Below are positions 23,789-36,500 of a DNA stretch of 64,000 nt, in pieces. Below the pieces are notes generated by a model. It was not told the origin of the DNA. It did no database searches and saw only the letters and a list, made by a program, of their open reading frames with translations. The position numbers and the translations under genes are program-made. Source of the stretch: Polymyxa betae A26-41 (lineage: Eukaryota > Protista > Endomyxa: Phytomyxea); NCBI GenBank assembly GCA_003693705.1, contig RBZT01000419.1, positions 126,923-190,922 of the forward strand, written 5' to 3'. Position 1 is the first letter of the stretch. Each line of letters begins with the position of its first letter.

Positions 23789-26109
23789 ATGTCTTCGCTG
23801 GAGTTATCAGCTGTTATCGGATTCGCTGGTGATGTTAATTCTGGTCTACTATTACAAGATGATGACGAGCATTTGATCTATCCTTTGGGCTCTAATGTTG
23901 TCATTAAGAATCTCCTAAAGAATACTCAGAGATTCTTAAACAAAGATGGACATGATCATGCTGTATCATGCTTATCAATGTCACATGATGGCACAATGTT
24001 AGCTACAGGACAGATAACACATATGGGATTTCCAGCTGTAGCAATAATATGGCATCTACCTACTGGTCATATTCGTCAGAAATTATCTCTTCATAAGGGG
24101 AAAATTCAAGCCTTGGCATTCTCTCATGATGATCGATATTTGGCCACATTGGGTGGTGAAGATGATAACAAATTAGTAATCTGGTCTGTTGAGACTGGAG
24201 ATCCAGGCAAGTTTCTCTCATTCTGTTCTCAATAATCGTTAATGATTATTGAGAAATAGTTTGTGGTGCACCTGCTTCCAATGATACAGCTCTAAGCGTG
24301 AAATTTTTCAATACTCAGCTACGCTTAATCACAGCTGGCAAATATAATCTTCGAATATGGGATTTCGATCTGGCTAATAGAAAAATTCGCCCAACTGATT
24401 GTCGTCTTGGGTCCATTAAGCGAGTAGCCAATGTAGTTCAGATCGATGCAAGTGATCAGTTTATTTATGTCGGGACAAGCTCTGGAGATTTACTTCGCGT
24501 TAATGTTAAAGTATAATGCAATTATCATGAATGCAGGTTTCTGGTGTGCTCATTGTTTATACTGTAGGCACATCTGTTTAAAGATGCAGGACCGAGAAAG
24601 AAACCAATGGCTAATGGAATCCGAATTGTAACTCTTATTGATAATGGTGATGTTCTAATTGGTGCTGGAGATGGTACTGTTGCTTTATTACGTGCGTCTG
24701 ATCTATCAATTATAAGATCACATCAATTTGATGGAGCTATATCCAGTATCACATTGAACAAAGCTCGTGTATAATATTCTAATCATTATGGTTGGGATAG
24801 ATCTAATCTATGGTTTAGGATCATTTCTTTGTTGGAACTACAAAGTCAAATATCCATCTAGTTCATTTACAATCGTTTGATAATGAGCTACGTTCAACAT
24901 GTCATTTCGGTCGAATTAATGATGTCTGCTTTCCAGATGGATATTCCGAGTTATTCGTCACAGTATGGATTTCGTATTTTACACGAAAATAATTCCTGAA
25001 CAGCCTGCAGGCATCTGTTAATGATATTCGTGTATGGAATGCTCGACTTCGAAATGAATTATTACGAATTCATATCAAAGGATTAGAATCACTCTGTGTC
25101 ACATTAACTAGAGATGGGAAATCAATTATCAGTGGATGGAATGATGGGAAGATTCGGGCATTCCGACCTCAATCAGGAAAGTTAATGTATATTATTCATG
25201 ATGCACATGAAGATGGTGTAACTGCTATTACAACAACAAGTGATGGTAAACGTATTATTAGTGGTGGTGGTGATGGTCGTGTTCGTGTATGGGCCATTGG
25301 TATATCATAATATTATTTACTTAATCATTACTCAATCATAATATCAGGTGAACATAGACATGTAATGGTTGCAAGTCTTAAAGAGCATAAAGCTAAAGTA
25401 ACATTCATACGAGTTAAGAGCGATGATACTGAATGTGTATCATCGTCCTTTGATGGTTCATGCATTGTTTGGGATTTAGTTAGCTATTTACGTCTTAATG
25501 CCATGTTTGCATCAACACAGTTTAATGCAATTATTTACCATCCTGATGATAGTCAGTTGTTAACAACCGGAACTGACAGAAAGGTTTTTAGAAGTTTTCA
25601 CTCAATGATTTGTGCTGACTTTAATATATGAAGATTACTTATTGGGATGCCGTTGATGGTAATGCTATTCGGATTGTAGATGGCTCAAACGCAGGCGAAA
25701 TTACCTCATTGGATGTCTCTGCTGATGGAGAGATGTTCATTACAGGCAGTGCTGATAAACTTGTTAAGGTTATTTATTACATGCTATTGCCAATTTAATT
25801 CAACTGAATACTGTCTAGCTATGGGGATATGATGAAGGACATTGCTACTTTTATGGTCTTGGCCATAGTGGTGCTATTAAACGTGTTGCTATTTCACCTG
25901 ATCAGAAATCTATTGTTTCTGTTGGAGAAGAAGGTGCTGTCTTCGTCTGGAATATGCCAGCTGCAGGATTCTTGAAGATTCCGACCCTTGAAGGATTATC
26001 AAATCCAACAGCTGTTGAATCACTGACTTCTAAGCAAATTCCTAAATCTGCTCAATCAGCTCCAGGTGCTACTACTGCTGCTACTGCTCTCCATCCTACT
26101 CATTTATAA
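23789..26109 (+). CDS. CFAP52: Cilia- and flagella-associated protein 52 (WDR16), WD40
   Basis: N-terminus LELSAVIGFAGDVNSGL...LIYPLGSNVVIK; LSLHKGKIQALAFS; SLKEHKAKVT; HPDDSQLLTTGTDRK|ITYWD. Confidence 0.93.
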
Positions 26110-26420
26110 CACATCACAATCTTCTATCTGTTCTTAATATTTGTAAGAAACCATTGTGAAGATGCCATGATTGCACAAATAAAGTTCAAGCATTGAATAA
26201 CACCCGTTGGAGGTCAAACAGGTTTGATGCCTCTCGAGATTCTATCGTTTGATATTTCATTTTAACTTATCTTTGGAAGACTATTACCTATTTTGTATTC
26301 GTACTTGGAAAGATATCGCATTGTTGTAGTTGTTGTAATGTGATTAATAATGATGATAGACAGATTGGTTTATTATTAGAGAAATAGTTCAGATAGCTGG
26401 TACAGTCATATTGGTTTAAT

Positions 26421-26825
26421 ATGAAGATCCATAGCCATGTTCGTGATAAACAAATTACAATTGAATGTGGTCCTGGAACACAATCAATCAAATGGCTGAG
26501 TATTGGACCTTCCTCCTGGGATTCTTTTCTCATCTCTCATGTGAACAGGCGATGTCAGTGTCTGTCGTTATGATAACAATCTGGGCATCAGTTTAGGAGT
26601 GCCTCAAGCTGTGATTAATGACGCCCGCCAGCGTCTTAACATGAACGACTCGATCATCTCTTGCTTAAATGATGGTGCCAATGTCTGGATCCAGCTCTGT
26701 AATCGTGATAATACATCTATTCAATTGCAATAACAATCGAAATCCTATCAATACTAGTACTTGGTATAAGTAGTGAGTTGGCAAGGAAAGGATTCGATGA
26801 GTCTCGATTAGTGAATAACAGGTAA
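26421..26825 (+). CDS. Small stand-alone Par3/HAL N-terminal (beta-grasp) domain protein, about 3 exons
   Basis: The spliced product MKIHSHVRDKQITIECGPGTQSIKWLSDVSVCRYD...LNMNDSIISCLNDGANVWIQL resembles the histidase N-terminus (VHVRGEWLAVPC..TVGWLG.EAVRRY). It is missing from the ORF track because the exons are short. Confidence 0.6.
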
Positions 26826-27157
26826 TCGCCTCATGCTCTAAGTTTCAAACCCTATCCAACAGTATAATCAATGTTAATGATCTCACGATGGTATAACTGC
26901 TGCCATAATGGACAATCATGAACTGCCTGAATATCGCCTTCCTGTATAGCTAAAGGATCAATTAGGACTTTGAAGAAAACCAGTTTAAATAAGATACCGA
27001 TAACGATAATGTGAGAATGTCCAACAATGAATATCAACAGGTCGTTGAGTAATTTCTAATCGTCTGCTAGCAAGTTAATGTCAATGTTGATCCTCATCAC
27101 GTCGAAAACATATCCCTACTCAAGTTTGTATTCAATAATCGAGACCGATAAAACTAT

Positions 27158-27467
27158 ACTTCGTTGCTCATGGTTAAAATGGTTATTCGGTGCTTTAAGG
27201 AAAAATCAGCCGTTTGCTGCATACAAAATTGCAGCTTGTCAAAACCTGTCTTCGAGTTTGACACTTTCATGAAAATTGTACGTATCTTGGAATGTATCCT
27301 GGTTCTGAAAGCACTTCGTTGCTCATGGTTAAAATGGTTATTCGGTGCTTTAAGGAAAAATCAGCCGTTTGCTGCATACAAAATTGCAGCTTGTCAAAAC
27401 CTGTCTTCGAGTTTGACACTTTCATGAAAATTGTACGTATCTTGGAATGTATCCTAGTTCTGAAAGC
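27158..27467. repeat. Near-perfect tandem duplication, 2 x 155 bp
   Basis: Units 27158-27312 and 27313-27467. One visible difference (CCTGGTTC vs CCTAGTTC). Confidence 0.95.
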
Positions 27468-27641
27468 ATATTTTGGCTCTGATTAACACGGTTGCAATAA
27501 TACGTGTCTTTCACACATTGTATTACGATAGAACCCTGCTGGAACATACAGAAAAACAGATATCATTTAGGCAGTGGAAAACCCCAGTTGAAGTATTATA
27601 TTATCGAATAAATGCATTTAAAGAGATTATTAAATGATGAA

Positions 27642-27791
27642 TGATTGTTAGGCTATCCTTCATTGGTGATTGTTAGGCTATCCTTCATTGGTGATTGTTA
27701 GGCTATCCTTCATTGGTGATTGTTAGGCTATCCTTCATTGGTGATTGTTAGGCTATCCTTCATTGGTGATTGTTAGGCTATCCTTCATTGG
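27642..27791. repeat. Perfect minisatellite, 6 x 25 bp (TGATTGTTAGGCTATCCTTCATTGG)
   Basis: Six identical units. The last unit overlaps the stop codon of the minus-strand helicase gene (27785-27787). Confidence 0.97.
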
Positions 27792-30700
27792 CTATACTTG
27801 TGGACTTTTAGAGCGGCAACAAGCGTCTGAGGATCAATGCCAAGATCGATGAGCTCTTTCTCACAATCTTTAAGAGTTTGGGGTAGCTGTGAATAAGCCA
27901 AACTGTGCAGAACAGACACTATCTGCTCATGAATCCACCGACGATGTGAATCTCTCCAAACTTCAACGCTGACATAAACATTTGCAGTTGGGTTGAACTT
28001 GCAGCTAGCAACATGAACATGAGCGTCGTCGCCACAATCGTGCAGGCAAAAGGCGCAGAACCGACATGGGCAGTTGTGACAGGTCAACGCTGCACAACCA
28101 TCGAAATCGATGAAGGCGGCGTGACAGCGAGGACAGGCTGGTGTTAAGAACTCGATGATCTTGCGACGAACTAGAACCGGAGCCTCTTCAGCTCGACGTT
28201 TAATCTCCAACTCAAGTCGAGCAGGGAAGTTCTGCTCGAATTCCTCGTTGATAGTCTTCTCCAGGACCTTCTCCTTTGACTTCATATATTGCTCAAATAC
28301 AGGTGCCGATACCCATTTAGCGATAGTGGCGTCACTGAAGGCAGGTGATACACATTCGGCAGCGCGAGTGTATGGGCAGATGATCATGCCGCCATGCAGA
28401 GACAGGATGCGAAGATCGCCATCAGATTCATGGATGACCAGCTGACTGAAACAATCTCGACAGAAGAAATGGAGCTGATCGGGCCGGGAGTCGATTGATG
28501 GGCAAGCAACACAATCGGAACGTTTGTAGTCCTCAAAGCAGATGCCGCACGTGACATTCATGGACATATTACGAAGATCTTCAGCAAGGCGAAGAGTCTC
28601 GCGAATACGAGCTGCTTCTTTATCGCGATCAGCCTCAAGGGTAGCGACTTCCTCCAGAGCCACTTCTTGAGAATGCTGAATGATGGCTTCATGGGCGGCC
28701 TTTAACGTTGCTGATGTTCGCTGTGCCTCTTTAACTAATCTGTCGATGCGAGCTTGCTCATCAAGGCGGCGCCTTTCAGCGTCTTCGTGGCATTTGCGGA
28801 TCTCGCAAGCGACGTCGGAAGCAATTTTTTGGCAAGTCTGAAGAGCGTCCAGCTCGGCCTTCTTTTTGTCAGCCATCGCCTTGTGAAGAAGCACATCGGC
28901 ATTCTGCTCGGTTTTTTTGATAGCCATATCGCTGGCAAGACGGGCATTCTCCATCTCGATATCTAACAGCTTCTTGGCCTGCACCTCCATCATGGCAGCA
29001 AATTTGTTGACCTTCTCCGTTTCGATCTGCAAAAGAGAACGTTTACGATTGGCTTCGATCTCGCAATTGAAACATTTCGCTTCGTAGATGGGAACGTAGC
29101 ACTTTCGAACGATTTGCATGTTGCATTCCGAACAGATATCAACAACTTGCTGGCGACATTTCGGTATTCTGCTTTCTTCACGACATGGCCGCATAATCTT
29201 GTGCCCATCAGGGCATTTATCAGGAAATCGCACAGAGCATTTCGCATGCGGGATGATGGCTGGATCGTGACAGGGTGATTGACATCTATGACCACATGGA
29301 AGCTCTGCTTCACATAAGGTGGAACAACCACCATGAGGAGTCAATGTCACGAAATCAACATGATCGCGAACCAACATCTCAATATCGTGTCGAGGACAGA
29401 CTGCTGGAATACCATCGGTTACACGGAATGATTCGAGGACTTTCTCCCAAACAGGACAGGCGTCTGCAAGACAGCTTCGATTACCGAACAGAATCAAGCC
29501 ATGTCGTGATCTTGTCAATAAGACATTGATACGTTCCGGCTGTTTCAGGAAACCAATGCGTCCATTTGGGTTATTTCGAACCAATGATACTAAGATGATG
29601 TCTGCTTGCTGACCCTGAAAGTTATCAACTGTTGATACACGAATCGAACAATGACTTTCAGTACGTCTGGGCGATCTAGTCGTCATCGGTGCATTCGAGT
29701 CGAAATAAACTTCATCTAGAGCGCTCTGGTCGGACTCGCCCAAAATTACTTCAATCTTGGCACGACTGAGGACTTCGCGAATCTCTAACAGCTGTCCGAG
29801 ATAAGGAGTGAGGATGACAATTTGGTCAGTTCGATAGCCTTGCTGGCAGAGGTAAAGCGCTGTACCCACCAAAAGCTTAGCCTCAAGAGGGTTGATCTTT
29901 GATGTTGATGTCACCAGACGACTGTTAGTTGAGAGTGTCTTTTCGGTCCGTTCTAGACCAAGATGATTCACGAAGATCAAGTCGTTTTTCAATCCTTTTA
30001 GGTGTGGGTAGCCCAATACTGATGCTCCATCAAGCAGGTCGTGATAAGTGATGCGGCGAATCACCGCCGAGATTTCTGGGCGCATACGATGCTGCGTTCG
30101 AAGAGTGACGAACGGATGACCGTTTATAATGAGCCGCTCGAAGGTTGATCGATTCAGATCGAGACCATTTTCAGATTCGACCGACAATCGGTGATTGTTG
30201 ATTTTTGGTCGGAGCTGCATATGATCACCAATCATGACGACTTTTTCTGTAAAAACATTGATAGAACCGAGGACATTGGCGTCGAGTAATTCGGCAGCTT
30301 CCTCCACTATCATCACATCGCATTTGACATCGTTTAATAGGGCACGATACTTAGCAGCACCCGTTGCTGTGCAACCGATAACTTTAGCCTTCATCAAGAT
30401 CGGTAATTCGTTCTTTTGGTTAATGGAAAGGCGTTCCTCAAGGAGCTGTTTGTACTGAACGAATTTTGAGGCAAGAATAGTCATCTGTTCAGCGCGGATC
30501 TCTTCCTGCCATGTCTTAAGTAATGCTAATCGCTCCTGATGGTTCAATGTCCAAAGGAAATACTTCTGCCGGGATGGATGACTCGTTGCATGACCTAATC
30601 GCCAATTCCGCCATAGATCAGCTGAAGAGCGAATAACTTGACCATCATAGGCCAACTCCAACGAATCATCACCGAAATCCTCAAGATCGAATTGTGAAGA

Positions 30701-32654
30701 CATTTCAGGATCTAAATGAGCACCAAAGAAAGGCCAATCGATGATAGGGCGTGAGACGACGGCTGTCAGTTCTTCAATATCGTTCTCGAGTTCTTTTAGC
30801 AATTGGTAAACATCGTGTAACCTGCCGCGGTAATGACCTTCCAGGGTTGGTGGACGTGAACGCCCATTTCGATGGCTGAGAACGTACTTTGATAGACGAT
30901 CGCTGCAGCAGCGGCCGCCAATCCGAACAATATCGGTTAAACCCGCATCCAAAAGAGCCTCCAGGAATTGATCTAATTGATGATTCGTATAACAGACGCA
31001 GAGAATTCGGGTGAAAGGCTTCTTCGACAAGGCCAATGCAATCAGAACACCGATGAGGGTTTTACCAGTTCCAGGCGGACCCTAAAGACAGATTTCAGGT
31101 CGATAAATGAGAAATGCAATATTCTCTCGTTACCTGAATTAATGCAAGTTTTTCATTGTTGTCAACACCGAAAGCAAAAGCACGTCGTTGCGCTTCATCA
31201 AGTGAAACCGCTTTCTCAAAAGTTTCTTCACCGAACTCTTTCAAAGCAGAATACATCGAATCGTCATCAATAGCGACAGAAGATGGATCGAACTTGGACG
31301 GGATTACCAGATGTTGATAGAACGGGAAATCCGACGAGCACTGAAGCGCTTCGAGAGCCGGTTTATAAGAGAAGAAATTGAAGCAGCCTTGGAGAAGTTC
31401 GAACTCATCGATGGAAGATTGAATATCAGCAAGGAGCTTAAACGACTTCTCATTCTCTACGGCGATTCCAACGACATAGCGTTTCTCAGCCGCTTCGTCA
31501 ATGTTGTAATCGCCGTCATCGCCTTGGCGATCATTCCAGTCGTAATTACGATCAGAAGCAAATTGGCGATGGATAACTTCGCCAAATACAATTGGATGGC
31601 GATCTTTGGCGATACAGACTAAAGATCCGATCGACAACCATCGTGATTTGCGCCAGAATTCCTTTTTATGCAAAGGTGACATTCTCTGGACAGCCACAGG
31701 AGCATCGAATGAGAGAATTGCACATGGCTGAGGACGAAGTTCGAATTCTTCGACACAGACGTTAGAGAAGACAATGGGGCATGGTTTGGCGAGATTATCA
31801 CGAAGCATGCTGACCATATCTTCACGAAGCAAACGGAAAGAACGATCAACCATACGCAAAGCAGGTTCGTCAAGAAGGAATCCATCTTCGCCATTCGCCA
31901 TTGGCAAAAACGTATTATCGGAGCTTTTGGATAGGTCGATTTCATCAGGGATGGGTGTGATCTGTATCCGTTTGAAATCGTAAAAATCATTGGCATGGCG
32001 CCCACCAGGTTGGTTTTCGATGGCACATAGTGATAAATCATTGGAGTCGCTTTCGCCTGGTTTGCGTTGAATGAGTGTAGAGATACGCTCGGCTCTGCTA
32101 ACGCCTTGAAGAAGAAGGGACTCTACCAGACTCTGCAGATGGTTCCAATTATCGGACATCTCACTTCTGACAACATCCAGATAGACGGAGCATAATAAGA
32201 ATAGAACTAAAGATTCGGTATCTTCCAACTTTCTAACACTAAGAACCTCTAGTAATCGCTGCATGAGGAACGGTACCGCCCAAATAGCGTTAAGAAGTGC
32301 TTGCAAAGAGGTCCGAGCAGCTGGATCATAACGAGCTGGAGTGTTAACGATTGATCTTAAAATCGGCATGACAAGCGTATTGACGATTTCGATATTATCG
32401 TTGGTGAATAGATTGACCTGACTAATCATGAGTATCTGCCGTAGGCGCTGCATGCCGAACTGGGAAGGCGAAACCAGTCGCCAGATGACTTCTAATGGTT
32501 CGATCTCACTCATACAGACTAAGGCATTCACGAACCGGACAGCACACTGATAACCACCCAGATCGGCATGCGGATTCGTCATCAGTTTCTCTAACATCGG
32601 TCGATCTAATGCCAAAGGTCGACGTGCCCGATGGGCAGCTAAATTCGAGTTCAT
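27785..32654 (-). CDS. ZNFX1-type UPF1-like SF1 RNA helicase with NF-X1-like Zn knuckles, coiled coil and C-terminal RING1 + RBR-type Rcat
   Basis: ZNFX1-family signature PGGRHANDFYDFKRIQITPIPDEI and DRSFRLLREDM. Walker A IQ|GPPGTGKT is joined by a 52-nt intron (31082-31133). Also CYTNHQLDQFLE, IVEEAAE, IGDHMQLRP, QHRMRPEIS, TPYLGQ, TVDNFQG and RINVLLTRSRHGL. C-terminus CGIC..HFFCRDC..CP..C, then CPRC..FDGCAALTC..FCAFC..H. A small upstream exon near 32737-32834 is possible. Confidence 0.92.
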
Positions 32655-33543
32655 CGAAGGCCATCCACATTCGCCCGATTTCTGCTTCTGTGCATCTCGC
32701 CTACCTAGATATGGATGAACGTGAGCAATTACTTACAAAGTGAATACGTGCAACGAACCAGAATGTTTGGACCAAGAAGAGCGAGAAATGGATGGATTAG
32801 GGATCCAGTTATGATTCTGACTGGCAGCCCTCATCTGTTTTGCGAGAAACAATCTGTTGAAGCTCGCTAATGTATGCTATAGCACACTAGATGTGCAGAG
32901 GTAATGATTATCATAACAATGGGACAGGTCAAAAGAAGGACACTATAACGGAGAACGGCGTAGCCTCCTTCAATGTCACACGGACTGCGTAGACGCAACT
33001 TGATACTGGCCTCTGTATCATTTCATGGAAACAAAGTACAAACTGTATCGCACTAAGTTTAAGAAGTGATATTCTGTGCGTGTGTGCGGCCAGGCCATTT
33101 AATTAACGTATTATTACAGGGTATCAAATGATATAGTCAGCAGTACGTGAGTTTGACAGGGATGTCGTTCTGTGCAGTAAAACTTGGCAGTAAACCAATA
33201 TTATTAAGCACGACACCCGTCTATAGACAATGATTAAAATGACACGATATGCAATCTGAGATCATGTTTTGGTCACGATTATTCATTATCAAAAATGAAC
33301 ATACACCGGGAACCCAATTACGGAAAATAGACTCATAGAAGCTGCGTTTACTCTAGTTAATGCTATGCGACGAGGTTCTTCCTTCCTGCATTAAACAATG
33401 CTCACGATGATGCTATATTTCCACAGCGTCAGAAAAAACTCTTGCTGTAGAGAGAAATATAATGGTGGAAGGATCGAGTCGATCAGAGTACATGTATGTA
33501 ATAATCAAGGATCAGTTAGACGGCGACCATATCAATCCAAATC

Positions 33544-36500
33544 ATGTCTCATGCCATGTTTGATCGGAAATGGCAGTCTGCAATGGAACAGCTTTCTGAT
33601 TTAGTTTATGTTGAGAATCCTGATGGCACTTGGGACGAGACCGGCGCTCCGATCACAAATCCAAATCTATCTCAGCCTGGATCATCAGCCCCGAATGTCG
33701 TCACGAGAGAATTTGCGTTTCGACATTTTGCCATTCTTTATATTCGATATGCGCAAGTGTATAAAGATTTGCAATTAGCATATGATCAAATCGTAGGATT
33801 AACATATGCACTTAAATATAAACTTTTGAAACTCCAGAATTTAAGGTGCATCCTCAAAAGAGACGAGATATTCGAATTGCTCTTGATGCTGCTATGACTC
33901 GACTTTTACAGGTGGCTTAATACTGCAGAGATTGCACATTTAACCTTATAACAGAAATAGGTTAAGAGTCAGTTATCAGGATTTAACTTAGCTGCACCTG
34001 GAAGTGATTATGTCAATCTGAACGCCCTCGTAGAGGAGCTCAAGATGACCCCATACGATCTCGAATTACCAACACCATTGTTCTTTCGTGAATTGGAGCC
34101 TTCATCCCAGTCCGCTCAGTGCAGATGTAAATAACTCTAATTGATACTGAGATCTTATTATGATATGATTTGGTTATAGCATTACTGGCTGCATCTCTTG
34201 AGCAATATGGTCTATCAAGTACTGCTGAAGAAGTCACATCTCCCATCGAGGTTCTCTCTCTCTTCTTCAACTTTGCTAACATTTGATGAAATTTAATAGA
34301 TCACATTGCCAACAATGACGCTAGACGACGCTATTCGAATAATACAAAAGAACGAGCGTGGACGTCAAGGTCTGGCCCGAGGTCGAATGCTTAAAGCGTT
34401 AGCTTTGGAGCACAAGAAGCGACGTGCTGTGCAAACTGGAGATATTGATCCGGTTGGTTTCGATAGCTTATTAAGATGGTTTCACTCATATCATGAACAG
34501 GTATCAGCTGTATTAACATTGCAGCGGTGGTTTCGAGGAATGCTGGCCCGAATTCGAGCCAGATCTGAAAATAGTCGCGAGCTGAAATTCTTAAAAATGG
34601 TTCCGAATAATGGGAGCAGTCATGGTATCGTATTAGATCAGAATTCGGCCATAGAACACCATCAAACTCTACGAGCTGTTCGTGATGTTCATGAAACTCG
34701 AGTTCAGCTCAGACGTGATTATGAGCTTGAATATCTCGATCAAATCGAACAGACTAAGAAAACAGGCACGTGATCGGTCTGGAAAGCTCAAACATTTGTT
34801 TGATTCAAATTTAGTCGAATCTGTACGAGGACCTCAGTTCCGAGAAAAAATGTGGATCGAACGTTATGAATGGTGGATTGAGCAAAAGGAGAAGCTGGGC
34901 GTCGAGCATGAGAACTTTGATGAATTTTACGCCATGAAGAACCCACCAGCTGCTCCAGAAAATGTTGATCCTGAAGAGGAACAGGTGACGAAGATGATTC
35001 AGCTCTGGCTGTAGCCTAATTATAGTCTGTGTTAGGCTGACTCCAAAAGAGGAGGAAAAGGCAAAAAGGAGAAGGATGGCAAGAAAGGTGCAAAGAAAGA
35101 CGGGAAGAAGGGCAAGAAAGGTGAAAGTGAATCAGGAGGCAGCGATGATTCTCTGCCATATTCAGTTCTGATTGGACCAACGCCTACGATTGGAGATTTA
35201 TATCGTTGCGTTAAGAGATACACCGATTTTTGGGCAAAACTTGATGAATCGAAAAATTTCAAACAGGCAGCAGATCCCGATATCACAGCTGAGAAGGTCG
35301 AACGCCTCATACGTATGGATGGTTATTTATACGTTTTTAGGTGACACCTGAAATTGTAGAAAAGATCAGAAGAAATGTGGATACAGAGCTCATTGCTGTG
35401 TTAGATAATCTGAAACTTCAGGTTCCGAATCCGATTTCATGAGGCTTTTGTATAATATCTTTTAGGTTCAAATGAGGCTAGAAGAAGAAAATGCTAAAAG
35501 TGGAAAAAAGGGCAAAAAAGGAGCAAAAGGAAAAGCAGGCAAATCCAAGGTTGAAACGGCTCCTGAGTCAACCTGAATTTATCTAAAGAAGTAGTTTAGG
35601 CAAGTAAGAAAGGCGGTAAGGGCAAGAAAGGTGACACAACAGCCAAACTGAAGAAATGCTGTGATGGAGAGAAAGCTCTGGGTGATATGACATTAGCTCA
35701 ATGTATTGATGAACTTGTTCGACTTGGAATCGCCCAAATGTTGCCTGAAAACACCAAAACAATTCAAGATTTCGTTGGAGATTACAACTATCTTGGTGAT
35801 CAATATTGAAGTAATGGAATGGATCTATTTCCTGACTTGTTGATAGGAGCTGAATATGAAAATGCTGGGATCTCACCTGATCCATCATTTGCACAAATAA
35901 GATCTTTAGTGACCGAATCGCTTATTATACCTCTTGGTAGTCCTTGTGTTAAACAGAACTCACCAATGTCATTCATATCTCTTCAATGTGTCTTCATTTG
36001 CTGAATGCTAAATTAGATGCAATGCTGCATTGTTCTATGGGCCTGAAGGATCTGGAAAGACCATGCTGTCAAAGGTTTGTGAACTTTTTCCAGCTTCCCA
36101 CAAACGAAAGTTAAAATTGCTGTATGCAGGCTGTTGCCTGGCATACCAATTCATTGTGGTTGGATTTGTCACCAAAAACGCTCGATAAAAAGCTGGGCAG
36201 CACTAAACAGGAAATTGGCCGATTGGTTCATATGCTGTTTCATGTTGCCAAACAATCAGCTCCATCTGTGATCTATATTGATCAAGTCAGTATCAAAAGA
36301 GGTCATTGAAGCTATCATCTTGATCGTAGATTTAGATAGAGCAAATGTTTACTGCTGTGTCAAAGAAGAAATCTAGCAGCGCCAATGCTGGGAAGTTGGA
36401 AACACCTGGTGCTGAAGAGATTATCAAAATTAAGAAAGAGTTTCTAGCACATCGCGATGGTTTGACAGAATCAGACCGGATTCTGATCATAGGTCGGTTT

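Noticed and set aside
27078-27486. ORFs 27078-27272, 27164-27427 and 27292-27486
   Set aside because: They are by-products of the 155-bp duplication and show no protein-like motifs.
27642-27791. Possible CRISPR or telomeric array
   Set aside because: No spacers and no G-rich telomeric unit; a simple perfect tandem repeat.
31095-32654. Separate 519-aa gene upstream of the 1083-aa helicase ORF
   Set aside because: A 52-nt GT-AG intron joins the two ORFs in frame and restores Walker A (IQGPPGTGKT), so it is one gene.
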